Assembly (NCBI RefSeq): GCF_001194135.2
Contig: NC_068996.1
Span: forward strand, 2,676,037-2,740,036
DNA: 64,000 bases
Source: Octopus bimaculoides
Taxonomy: Eukaryota
Direction: 5' to 3'
This document shows positions 13,735-26,050 of this stretch, in pieces. Each line of letters opens with the position of its first letter. Within the stretch, counting starts at the first letter, position 1. A model generated the notes under the pieces. It was given only the letters and a program-made list of their open reading frames with translations. It had not been told where the DNA came from and searched no databases. The position numbers were made by a program, and so were the translations under genes.

Positions 13735-14903
13735 TGTGTGTGGCAGATGCTCAGGAGCAATAAACACTGAAAATGTGCAGAAAACAACTTCTGTCACATT
13801 CCAGGAAGAAAAACTAGATGTAGTTGATAGCTTCCGCTATCTAGGTGACCAAGTTAGTAGTGGGGGAGGGTGCACTGAAAGTGTAGCTGCTAGAATAAGA
13901 ATAGCCTGGGCAAAGTTCAGAGAGCGCCTACCTCTGCTGGTGACAAAGGGACTCTCACTCAGAGTAAAAGGCAGACTGTATGACGCATGTGTACGAACAG
14001 CCATGCTACATGGCAGTGAAACATGGGCCGTGACTGCTGAGGGCATGCATAAGCTCGAAAGGAATGAAGCCAGTATGCTCCGATGGATGTGTAATGTCAG
14101 TGTGCATACTCAACAGAGTGTATCTTGAGAGAAATTTTAGACCTAAAAAGCATCAGTTGTGGTGTGCAACAGAGACGATTGCTCTGGTATGGTCACGTGG
14201 CGAGAGTGGATGAGGATAGCTGTGCGAAAAAGTGCCACACACTAGCGGTTGAGGGAACCTGTGGAAGAGGTAGACCCAGGAAGACCTGAGATGAGATGGT
14301 GAAGCACAACCTTCGAACTTTAGGCCTCACCGAGGCAATGACTAGTGACCGGGACCTTTGGAAATATGCAGTGAGTGAGAAGACCCGGCAAGCCAAGTGA
14401 GACAATAATCTGTGGCCTCTGCCAGAAGTGTAGCCAGCTCACTTACTCATATATTTACTTCATTGGACACTAAACACTGCTTGCGATGACCTGTTGAGAC
14501 GAGTGAAATCGAAATTGAACCATATTCGATGACTGGCTCCTTTGCCAGTGGAGCACTAACAGCACTGTCCGACCGTGATCATTGCCAGAGCAGCTGTCTG
14601 GCTTCCATGCCAGTGGCATGTAAATACCACCATTTGAGCATGATCGTTACCAGCGTCACCTTGGTGGCACATTGGAAACCTTTCAAGTGAGGTTGTTGCC
14701 AGTGCCACTTGACTGGCCCTTGTGCCGGTGGCACGTAAAAGCACCTACTACACTCTCAGAGTGGTTGGTGTTAGGAAGGGCATCCAGCTGTAGAAACTCT
14801 GCCAGATCAGATTGGAGCCTGGTGCAGCCATCCAGTTCACCAGTCCTTGGTCAAATCATCCAACTCATGCTAGCATGGAAAGCAGACGTTAAACGATGAT
14901 GAT
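13735..14903 (+). mobile_element. 5'-truncated RTE-clade LINE: end of RT, thumb region and 3' UTR
   Basis: ORF 13736-14128 VDSFRYLGDQVSSGGG...ARIRIAWAKFRE...MLHGSETWAV...EASMLRWMCNV. After a frameshift, RRLLWYGHVARVDE...GRGRPRKT. Ends in the UTR and (GAT)n. Confidence 0.95.
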
Positions 14904-15391
14904 CATCATCATCATCAACGTCGTTGTTTAATATCCACTTTCCATACTGGCATGGTTGGAGAAATATATATANNNNNNNNNNNNNNNNNNNNNNNNNNNN
15001 NNNNNNNNNNNNNNNNNNNNNNNNNNNNNNNNNNNNNNNNNNNNNNNNNNNNNNNNNNNNNNNNNNNNNNNNNNNNNNNNNNNNNNNNNNNNNNNNNNNN
15101 NNNNNNNNNNNNNNNNNNNNNNNNNNNNNNNNNNNNNNNNNNNNNNNNNNNNNNNNNNNNNNNNNNNNNNNNNNNNNNNNNNNNNNNNNNNNNNNNNNNN
15201 NNNNNNNNNNNNNNNNNNNNNNNNNNNNNNNNNNNNNNNNNNNNNNNNNNNNNNNNNNNNATATATATATATATATATATATATACCAGAGTAAGCACAT
15301 AAATGTGTAACCAGTTGGAAAAAAAGAGTACTCAAATACCAGAGGTAGAGTAATATGCTTTATTTAAAAGCAGCAGAAATATAACAAAAAA

Positions 15392-15429
15392 CTGTTACTC
15401 AGAGTTTCACGTTCTTGTTCATTGGACAC
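15392..15429 (-). ncRNA. Degenerate minimal type I hammerhead-ribozyme-like motif, probably inactive, in a repeat relic (about 15283-15450)
   Basis: Minus strand GTGT-CCAATGA-ACAAGAACGT-GAAA-CTCTGAGT-A-ACAG has HHR topology with a near-palindromic stem III and a GUA triplet. The core is 2 mismatches from CUGANGA. Confidence 0.45.
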
Positions 15430-15544
15430 CGATGAACTGAGCACTGAGCTTTACAAAGGAGATGACTAAAAGTCAAGATACCTGATGCATTCCTATACTC
15501 AAGCAGGCTCATCCACAATGGTGCTGGTGTCACTTACAAAGCAC

Positions 15545-15710
15545 TCAATTCACTCTATGCAGTGGTTGGTGTCTGGAAGGGCTTCCAGCTGTAGAAACCA
15601 TGTCAGAACAGACATTGGAGTTTGATGTGGTCTGCAGCCTTAGCAGTGGCCAATCAAACCATCCAACCAATGCTAGCATGAAAGAAAAAATGTTAAGTGA
15701 TGATGATGAG
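15545..15710 (+). mobile_element. Short RTE 3'-UTR tail fragment
   Basis: gtggttggtgtctggaagggcttccagctgtagaaacc...aatgctagcatgaaag...gatgatgatgag. Confidence 0.75.
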
Positions 15711-16108
15711 TGTGTGTACACACACACACACACTCACACTTACATATTTAATGTACATTTCTGTTAATGTCATGCTCCATATTTTGAATTCTTGTCTTAG
15801 TGTGTTTCTGGAATGTGGACCCCTGAGAATATATTTTTTCAATAAATCTTAGGGTTTATTCATTTGTGTATTAATTTATTGCTATACATTTCAATTGACA
15901 TGTTTCTAGATTCTTTTTGTTTTTACCTATTCTTTTGTATTTTTGTCCTACCTTCTCTCAACACTTTTTTACATATTTATTTCTGCCAACACCAGTGTTC
16001 AACACTTCATCAATAAGCTATTTCTTTCTCTACACAACTCTCTCATTCCATTATTAATTACTCTACCCATTCCCCTGCCAACAATGCATCCACTTATCTG
16101 CTAGAGTT

Positions 16109-16171
<63 letters not shown>

Positions 16172-16229
16172 NNNNNNNNNNNNNNNNNNNNNNNNNNNNN
16201 NNNNNNNNNNNNNNNNNNNNNNNNNNNNN

Positions 16230-16280
<51 letters not shown>

Positions 16281-17089
16281 ACTTCCACCTTTTTAATCAA
16301 ACCTTATTACAACTCTGCCAGAACCTTCACCAACAACCCAACATTTTTTTGTACTGCTTTGAAATTTGATATGTTTTCTACTAGTTCTTTGAAGACACCT
16401 GGAGTCATCTCAGGTTTAGAATACCCAATCAACATTTTGTTTCAAGCTTCAGTGTCTCCCTTTTGTGTGATGTCATTAAGACCAAGTGTTATGTATGTTT
16501 TCACACTTTTTATTAACGAAAGGAAATATCAATAATTACATATTAAGAGGATTTAATTTACCTATTCATAAATTTATAGCTACAGAACTTATTAATTTGT
16601 CTTTGTCTCTCTATCCCCTCTCTGTATCTCTCTCTCACTCTATCTCTATCTCTCTCTTTTATACTTGGGTATTACTTTCGTAATATATATCTTACCTTTG
16701 AATACAGGTATCTCATGTATTACAATTTTTGTATGCATATTATAAAACCTGTCATCAATGAAGCTTTTCCAATAACATAATTTGCCTTGGAGCTTTGCAA
16801 ACTGAAATTGCATCTTTTAGAATCACCATTATTCTTAACTGGAACCCATTCAGACATATGTTACTGTTTCAGTTTGAAAAAGCAATAATTAATTTGTATT
16901 TGTATTTCTAATATCAATTTCCTTGGCTCATATATTTGTCTTGAACTGATAATCTAATTTTTTTTATAAACAATTTTTGTAAGTGCAATTTAACAAGCAT
17001 GAGATAATTTCAGTTCCTTTATACAGCACATATTTCATCACAGTAGAATCCTGAAGGCGAATCATAAATTGTATGACATTTGCTACTGC

Positions 17090-18075
17090 TTTGTACATAT
17101 ATATATATATATATTTTTATATATATGTATTTATATATATATATATGCGCATGCACACACACACACACACTCTCTCTCTCTTTCTCTCCTGCAACATTAA
17201 GGAATACAAATCAAAGCTATGCATGGGTTCATGTAGATTATTGCACGTGCTATTATGAATTTTGAGAAATAGATATAACATGAACTTAGGGAAAGTTAGG
17301 TCAGTCAATAGAAAAAAAGGCAAAGCACCTAAAAAGAATGTGCATGATAATTTTTTTCTNNNNNNNNNNNNNNNNNNNNNNNNNNNNNNNNNNNNNNNNN
17401 NNNNNNNNNNNNNNNNNNNNNNNNNNNNNNNNNNNNNNNNNNNNNNNNNNNNNNNNNNNNNNNNNNNNNNNNNNNNNNNNNNNNNNNNNNNNNNNNNNNN
17501 NNNNNNNNNNNNNNNNNNNNNNAATTGGTTAGTTTTCATTGTTTTTTCCTCTTGTTTTTGCCTTTGTGAGTTACAAGTGATGCTATCTGTGGGATTCTCA
17601 GCTTTTTTAGCTGCTATTTCTGAACTTCGGTATATGGTGAAGCAAATATTTGCTGATCCCTTAATTATATTTATAAATATATATGAGCTTTTAAATAAGT
17701 TCTCCACCAATAATGGTGCTTTCATACCGATGGGCTTGGTAAAAATTGTTAATTGTTAATTGATTTATTAATTAATAAATTGATAATCCTTTACCCTTTC
17801 AACTTGTAATAATTATATATATATATATATTTTTATATATATGTATTTATATATATATATATGCGCATGCACACACACACACACACTCTCTCTCTCTTTC
17901 TCTCCTGCAACATTAAGGAATACAAATCAAAGCTATGCATGGGTTCATGTAGATTATTGCACGTGCTATTATGAATTTTGAGAAATAGATATAACATGAA
18001 CTTAGGGAAAGTTAGGTCAGTCAATAGAAAAAAAGGCAAAGCACCTAAAAAGAATGTGCATGATAATTTTTTTCT
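17090..18075. repeat. About 270-bp exact direct duplication (17090-17359 vs 17810-18075) beside a gap, probable assembly artefact
   Basis: gcaacattaaggaatacaaatcaaagc...gcatgataatttttttct occurs twice with no visible differences. Confidence 0.85.
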
Positions 18076-19233
18076 GGTTGAGCAGAATAAGTGTGACACA
18101 CATGACTTTCTGCTGAGGCTAAAGACATTGTTTGAAAGAAAATGAAGAAGAAATTTCAGGTCATTTGTCATAACAGTGAAAGCATCACATAATGGAAAAT
18201 TTTGAGTTTTTCCTCTCACCAAAAAAAACTTGATCTGAATACTCAAGACAGAATAAGCTTCACTAAAATCATCCAAGAATCAGCTAATAATGTTATGTAA
18301 CGCAGATGACAACTTAAATTACTATCCAACAATAGGTACAATACTATAGGCCTTTACACACTTTCTCCAGTTTTATGCTTATATTGATTTTAGATGTTGT
18401 ACTGTGGCATTGAACTCAGAGGCATGTGACTGTGAAGTCATATTCCATTAAAAAAAAAAAACATTTTTTTTTTCTCCATTTTCAAAACTTCCCATTCAAT
18501 CAAGAATTCTGCCTGTACATATGTTCACTCAATAATATAGCACCAACATTGCATTCTATCATTTTGATCTAATTACTTCAAAGGTAAATCACATATAAAA
18601 ACAACCGTCCATGTTTACGTGGCATCAGGTTTACCTGGCATCAAGAAAAGAAGAATTAAATGTTTTGTGTTGAAACATCCACTTCATTAGGTAGTCAAGT
18701 AAAGCATCACAACTGTACAATTTATTCTTTTGAAGATGTACACATTGTTTCGACATCATTCATCACAAGTCCACATGTCTGTATGTATGGGGGGGGGGGG
18801 GCGAGAGTGTGAGAGAGAGTTGTCATTCTGAATAAAGCACCATTTATCTTCCAGTCAACAGTGACAAGTAAGAGTTATACAGAGAAATATTGTGGATGTC
18901 ATCTGATACCACCGTTACTTAGAAAGATGATGCGCTCTGTTGTATTTCTGTACACTGGAGAAAACCTCATAATATTGTTCTATGGTTACTTCATAGATGT
19001 TAAAATGTTTACCAAATGAGTCACTGCAAGAGTTCCTAGCAGAAGGTTACTTGCACAATTATCTGACCCCCTAACTTGTTACATTCTTACTATTTTGTGG
19101 TTTGAAGCACATCTACATATAAAAGTATACAATTGAACGAGTAATCTAGCAATGCAAGATAGTTACTAATGCTAGTAATGTGGTGTAAGTGACCACCAAA
19201 TATATAGTTATGAGTCAAAGTTTGTTGACATTG

Positions 19234-19280
<47 letters not shown>

Positions 19281-19928
19281 AATAAATGCATTTTGCAACT
19301 ATTACAGAAATAAATTAAGCATGGTGATATTAATTAGTGACCATGGAAAGCTAAGAACCAGATATAAATTCAGGGTCATAAGTACATAAAAATAAAGGAA
19401 ATCTATATTTGTAAAATATGTTAGTGTGTCTACAAGACAGATTTTCTTGAGGGCAGTAGTAGTATATCTTCAGTTATAATATGAAATAGGATTAGTCTTT
19501 TTTTCTTTTTTTTTTATTGTAGCATTATGGTAATTATTGTTAAAAATTTTAGGTGTGAAAAATTTAACTCAATAATTCTAAATACCAACTGTTTAATTTG
19601 ATTAGGGCAGTAATTTTGATATATTTGCTGGGAGAATTGAAATGCCATTATCAAGGTTTCTAGTTATATAATCATTTAATGTTTAAATACTTTATGATTG
19701 CAATTAACTTCAGTCTCATTCATTTTATTTAATTAGCTGCTGTTTGTTTGTGCACAAGTAGCATTCATGTCTTTCACCATCATATATAGTTCCACTGAAC
19801 TTTAAAAATCCGAATCAAATTCAGATTGTTAGCTTCAGATTTGAAATTCCATAAGCAATGCTGACTGCTTTTATTTGGGATTAGAAAAAATGTGTATGTG
19901 AGGAAATACCTGATTTTGGAAACAGATA

Positions 19929-20780
19929 TACAGGGTGTAATGAATATATATTGTCATCTAAATTATGCAAAAATGAAAATAACACTGACATCTCACTTTA
20001 TCAGATATATTTACTAGAATTATATAAAATTATCTTGAAATACTAAAGAATAAATTTATTCAATAAAATCACTATAGGCTTCAACCACAGCCTCCAGACG
20101 ACTTCAGAATCTTCAGCAACTCTTCTGGATGATCTCATTGTTTAAGTTGATGACTGCTCACAGTCCTTGTGTTTAGTTCATCATTGGTGTTACAAGGAGT
20201 TTTGTTGGTCTGCACCCACACATAATAATCAAAGGGGTTGCAGTCTGGGGAGTTAGGTGACCAGATGTTAGGGGTGATGTGGTTGCAGAAATTGTCTGAC
20301 AGCCATGACTGGGTTCTCCTGCTTGTGTGGCATGGTGCAGAATCTTGTTGCCAGAAATGGGGTCTACCAGCACTACCTCCTCCAGGCACTTGATGTAGGC
20401 CTCTGTGTTGAGTCTGAGGTCGTGTGGGAACATGAATGGAGGCATATCGTCGCCATCACTAGTGATCATGCCAAACACCATGATGTTGATGGGATGTTTG
20501 ATTTTTATCACTTTCAGTATAGGTTTTGGGGACACAGCAAGCCAACAGTTCTGTGTGTTCACCATCTGTTTGTACTGGAGCTTCCGGTGTGAATGCCAAG
20601 CAACACAGCATGTCATTTCCAAATTTCTGGTAGAGTGAATTGCGTCATGATGCTGTTTTTCTCACAGATGGTGCCCAACTGACCCTACTATACTGTGTAG
20701 TCAATAAAATCAAAAGCAAATAATGTGCATGTACAAAATTAAAAATATAAAAAGCGACAGTTTACCCATCGCACCCTGTA
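19929..20780 (-). mobile_element. Internally deleted Tc1/mariner DD37D (maT-type) transposon
   Basis: TA|CAGGGTG (19929) ... CACCCTG|TA (20780). Minus-strand peptides KHPINIMVFGMITSDG...YIKCLEEVVL and QQDSAPCH...WSPNSPDCNPFDYYVW. 37 residues counted between the second and third catalytic Asp. Confidence 0.92.
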
Positions 20781-21384
20781 AACCCTGTTTATTGCCTAAT
20801 TGCATTATGGCTATTGATATTACATCCCTATAAGATAATTTTCCTAAGATAATATTCCTTGAGGGAATATTGATGAACAAATTCTACAATTGCATCTATT
20901 TTTAGAAATTCTCATATTAATTTGACTGTTGGTCGATGATAATTGACGTAATATATTTGCAGTAAATAAAAGTTTCTTTATTTTTACCAAATATGACAGG
21001 CACTGTATTTTATTACCAGCTAAACATATTATGTTGTTGTTATTGGTTTGTTCTGTGAATCATCTTAGATTAATGAGTTGTGAAATCATTACCATGGCTT
21101 TCATTAACATCATTTTTCATATTTGATAAATTCTTGTTTGTTTTATCATTAATGCCTCCATTAAGTTTAAAACACAGGCAGTAGTTTGGAGTAGTGCAAT
21201 AAGAATGTTTTACAATGTGTTAAAAGATGGCAGTTCTGTGGTGAAGAATTTTGTTCTAATCATATTTAAAAAATGCCTTATGTTTGTTCTAATTTTGTAA
21301 GGAGTATGGAGGATTGTACCATGTTACATTCCTCCTTTTTGTTCATTTGGCACTAATAATTCTGTGCTTTATACTTTTTACATT

Positions 21385-21890
21385 AGTATTATTATTATTC
21401 ATTTAACTTTTTCTGATTTATCTGTGTCGTGTCTCAGCTCCATCCTGTAGCTTGCAGACACAACACTTGCCTCAACAAGTGTTCCAAGTATTGCTACTGA
21501 CTGAATACTTCCTATAAAGGTTGATCTTTGCAGTTTTTTATGCCAGAATATTGCTTTCTTGAGATGGTTCCAAGTGCATTGATCAGAATAGGTACCACGC
21601 TCACTTTAGAGGTTCTATGGATTCTTTTCACTTCCAATCGTAGGTCTTGGTACGTCACAACTTTCCCATCCTCTCTCTACACAATATTCTAATCTGCATT
21701 TTTTTGGACTCCTTAAATAGGCGAGTGATATCTGACTGGTTATGTTGCAGCTTCTTGTTTGTGTATTTTGGCATATCCCATATGAGTTTCACCTGTTCAT
21801 ATTCTGCTACTGGCAAAGGTTGATTTTCATACCACTTGTTGGAACATTCTAGCTCATACTCCTTGCACAACTCCCAATGTATTTACACTA
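21385..21890 (-). mobile_element. Decayed RLE-type non-LTR retrotransposon (R4/Dong-like), 3' fragment
   Basis: Minus strand HWELCKEYELECSNKWYENQPLPVAEYEQVKLIWDMP...HNQSDI parallels the RLE region of the copy at 29900. The 3' end abuts a short (TAA)n. Confidence 0.75.
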
Positions 21891-21924
21891 GCATTTGGGG
21901 GGGGGGTGTATTGGTCTAACCCAT

Positions 21925-23085
21925 GCAGGCAGGAGCTGTCCAGGCCCCATCCCTATTTGGCGTGGTTTCTACAGCTGGATGCTTTCCTAATGCCAACCAT
22001 TTTACAGAGTATACTAGGTGCTTTCACATAACATCAACATGGATGCTTTTATGCAGCACCAGCACATACAAGCCCAAACGATTAGAAATGTTCAGCTAGA
22101 GAGGGATGCAGGGGTCAAGCTTGTATGCCAGAACAATCATGATTTTTTCTTAGCTTGACAGTCCCTTGTCATCTCCTCTGTGAAGCTCAATATCTGGAGA
22201 TCCTTTCTCACCACCTTGTCCCTTGTCTTCTTGGGTCTACCCCTTCCACATGTTCCCACCATAGTTTGTGATCAGCACATCTTGAGGCAGCTACCTTCAT
22301 TCATTTGCATTTTGTGACTGTGACAGTGCAGTCTTCTCTCTTGCACACTACACCTGATGCCTCATATACTCAGTTTTTCTCTCAAATCACTTACACTTTG
22401 TTGGATATGCACACAATCATTACCCATTGAGTAGAGCATATGTGTTTTCATTTCTTTCAAGCCTTCTTATGTCTTCAGTAGTCACTGTCCATATCTCACT
22501 ACCATGTAGCATAGCTTTTCATACACAAGCATATAATCTGTGTTTTACACTAAGGAAGAAGCCTTAGAGTAGCAGCTCTCTGAATTTTGCCCATTCTCGC
22601 AGCTATGCTTTCAGCAACAAGAATAAAGCCATTGGTGTAGAGGAGCTCCCAAGGGCCACCAGTCTTAAATTCTTGTTATAGCTTGGAAGATTATGATAAA
22701 CAAGAGGGTGGGGGGCAAGAACTGATCCCCGGTGGACTGCTACTTGTACACTAAATTCCGTGTTATACTTATTGGCAACTTCCACCTTACTGCTAGCATC
22801 CCTGCACATGGCTTTTCCAGCTGTCACCAACCACTCTTCCGCATTGCCTACCAGATACGGAGCAGCAGAGGTCCCTGTCAAAAGCTTCCGCCATATCAAC
22901 AAAAACCAGATACAGAGTTTATTTTTGGTCAGGTATTTCTCTTGCAGTTGCCTCATGAGGAAGTTGGTATCATTGGTGCTTCTGCCTGGCACAAATCCAA
23001 ACTGCATCTCATCTATGCTAACTCTCTTCCTAATTAATTGATCTATGACTCTTTCTATAACTTTCATCACCTGATCCAGGTGATG
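21925..23085 (-). mobile_element. Decayed, internally deleted RTE-clade LINE
   Basis: ORF 22603-23070 MKVIERVIDQLIRKRVSIDEMQFGFVPGRSTND...RQLQEKYLTKNK is RT N-terminal. Further along are an AMLHGSEIWTVT remnant and the same 3' UTR as the copy at 13735. Confidence 0.9.
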
Positions 23086-23144
23086 CCTCTGTAATTATTT
23101 CTGTCTAAGGCATTACCTTTGTGATACCTGTCTAGTGCTGGTAT

Positions 23145-23369
23145 TTATTGCCCACGAGGGGCTAAACATAAAGGGGACAAACAAGGACAGACAAAGCGAT
23201 TAAGTTGATTACATCAACCTCAGTGCATCACTGATACTTAATTTATCGACCCCGAAAGGATGAAAGGCAAAGTCAGCCTCGTTGGAATTTGAACTCAGAA
23301 TGTAAAGACAGACGAAATAACGCTAAGCATTTCGCCCGACATGCTAACGTTTCTGCCAGCTCACCGCCT
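23145..23369 (-). mobile_element. SINE family A
   Basis: atttatcgaccccgaaaggatgaaaggcaaagtc...tttctgccagctcaccgcc, the reverse complement of family A. Confidence 0.88.
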
Positions 23370-23647
23370 CACATTCAGTACACTCTGTCAAGTGCAAGGT
23401 CAGGTAGACCAGTGAGCCTTGTTAAGCTTATAAACAAGCTCCTTAGTCCTGATGACCTGAAAAACTACACCCTGTACCCTTGGTAAAAGTGTTGGTTAGG
23501 AAACATTTCCAGCCAGAGAAGTGAAGCTTAAAATGAAATATATAAGATTTGTTCCCCCACCCATCTAGCGGGGGAGGAATAACCTGCCCATCTCAGGACT
23601 GCATGGAAACAGGATGTAAGATGACTATATGATATATATTTAAGTGT

Positions 23648-23925
23648 GTATGTGTATGACAGACTCTCGCATCAAAGATGACATCTGAATGTTCAGCTTT
23701 TGTTGAATGACCTGTTCAAATGATTTGTTTATAGTGATCAAATGTTCATGCTGCACATTAGCTCACCACTCTCTCCATCAAATCAACATTGTTTGGACAG
23801 GTGCACTGTGTACCAAGTGTCAGCTTCTCAAGTGATTACAGAGCAACATGAGATGAAGTGTTTTGCTCAAGAACACAACGCACCACCTGGCCTTGGAATT
23901 GAAATCACAATCACTAGGTCATACA
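23648..23925 (-). mobile_element. tRNA-type SINE with CORE-like segment (family E)
   Basis: gagcaacatgagatgaagtgttttgctcaagaacacaacgc is shared with 36762-37090 and, reversed, with 54644-54925. CORE assignment is inferred. Confidence 0.7.
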
Positions 23926-23943
23926 CTCTCAAAGATACATCAA

Positions 23944-23976
<33 letters not shown>

Positions 23977-24435
23977 GTATATATTTGATAGATGAATATG
24001 CTATGCAGATGATATATATGTGTGTACAAGTATGTATACACACACATACAATTATTTGTGTTAAGTAATCATCCAGAGAAGAAGTATTCACTCCAAGCAT
24101 AGATTACTTAGGTTGTTCTTGTGATCTGTTATTTGTTGAGTTTCCACAGCAAGCAGCTACTTCTTCAGATATATCAAACTGGATGTATTAAGCTTATCTC
24201 TAATGACAGAAGCATTATAGCAGAAAAGTGCTTATGGATAGTGAAGTAATAATACTAGTAATAATTGAGATTGGTGTTTGGGTGTTGAGTGTCTTCCGTG
24301 GTAAGTTAACATCCAAGTACCAAAACTTACAATTTTCATAAAGATACCCTGTGAGGCCTTTGACAACAGGTTGCTAAGTAAGATCAAGAGCTCTGAAAAG
24401 TAAAATAATAATAATAAGAAGAAGAAGAAGAATGG

Positions 24436-24813
24436 TTACAGATTTTTGGCACAAGCCAACAAGTTTGAGGTGAGGGGATAAGTCGATTACATTGACCCCA
24501 ATATTCAATTAGTAATTATTTTCTCAACCCCTGAAGGATGAAAAGCAAAGTTGACCTTGGTGGAATTTAAACTCAGAACGTAAAGACAGTCAAAATGCTG
24601 CATTAACGATTTTCCCAGCTAAGGCCTGAAAGTTTGTAGGAAGGAGCTAGTTGATTACTTTGATCCCAGTATTTGATTGGTACTTTATTTTATTGTGCCT
24701 GAAAAAATGAGAGGCAAACTCAACTTTGGTGGAATTTGAACTCAGAACATAAAGACACAAAATACTATTAAGCATTTTATATGGCATGCTACCAATTCCA
24801 CCAGCTTACTGCC

Positions 24814-24814
<1 letters not shown>
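24436..24814 (-). mobile_element. Two tandem SINE family A copies
   Basis: The motif ggaattt(a/g)aactcagaac...aaagac occurs twice (about 24562 and 24731), each with its own central domain. Confidence 0.8.
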
Positions 24815-24876
<62 letters not shown>

Positions 24877-25164
24877 TGAAAAAAAAAGTATAGTTTTTTG
24901 ATTAGTCATCAGCCTTGAAATTCAAGGGGAGAGGATAGTTGGTTAAGTGAATCCTGTTTCTTAGTAAATATTATATAATTTTAGGTGATGAGTACAAAGG
25001 CAGTAACCTCAACATTGACCATGGCCATCTGGCTGAAACAAACCTAATTCAGAGAAAATCATATTTTGTCAACCATATTAAATAATTAATACAAAAAAGA
25101 TAACAATGACAAATGGTTTGTTCACCTAAACAACATTAAATGCATCAAGGCATACTTATAGACA

Positions 25165-25330
25165 TCATTATTAACATCACTGTCATCTAATATCCCTTTT
25201 TCCTTGCTGGTATGAGCTAGAAGGCTGCGCCAAGCTCCAGTATATCTGCTTTGGCATGGCTTGTACTGTTCAATGCTCTTCTTAATGTCAGCCACTTCAC
25301 AGAATGTACTGGGTGCTTTTTTTGTTTTTT
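25165..25330 (-). mobile_element. Decayed RTE 3'-UTR tail fragment
   Basis: ttcttaatgtcagccacttcacagaatgtactgggtgcttt matches the reversed RTE tail. Confidence 0.6.
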
Positions 25331-25829
25331 CCTTTTTTGTTGCACCATCACTGGAAAGTTCTCTGAATTCTTGCCAGTCAAGGCCCCTCAACTGAGCGGA
25401 GTATAATATAGAAGGATGTAATAGAGAGACAAAAAGCAGAATTGACAGCATGGCTACTGTATCTGGAAAAAGAGGAAAAGTTGTGAGGTCGTGCTACATG
25501 GTGAATATGAAAAAGAAAATAATGACAGAGGACCAGAAAAAGTAGCTGGATTAGGTTAGTGTACTATAATGAAAGAGTGACCGATCATTACAGGTGTTGC
25601 TTGAAGGGGAATACAGTGAATATTAGTTTGGAGATGTAAAGGAAAGAAAAACAAGAAGTGGTTAGGCAAGAGGAAGAGGAGTTGATCAGGGAAAGTAGCA
25701 GGGATATAAGGGGTGGGGATAATTGGTATTATTTGCAACATCTGAGTGTGTACGAGCACAATTAGATGATTGGTGGAGGGATAGGTATTAAAAGATGGAA
25801 TGCAGGGCTAGACATGACTGGACCTCATT

Positions 25830-26050
25830 TTCACTGAGAGGGACAGGTTTTCTCAAACACAGCATATCATTATTCATTTCAGCCCTTTATCATCTCAGAG
25901 AAGCTCAACATTTTGAGTCGAGTCTTCATTACACTACCCTTTTTCCATTCGTGTTTAGCAATCAGCACTTCTTTATACAGCGATCTCATTCGTCTGCATC
26001 ACATGATCAAACTGGTGCAGTCTTCTCTCTTGCACACCAGATGTCTCTTA
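25830..26050 (-). mobile_element. Decayed RTE ORF fragment
   Basis: gcagtcttctctcttgcacac is shared with 22327-22348 of the RTE copy. Confidence 0.6.

Noticed and set aside
17090-18075. Exact duplications next to gaps (also 1747-2690) as biological tandem duplications
   Set aside because: Identity and adjacency to N-runs point to scaffolding artefacts; long reads are needed.
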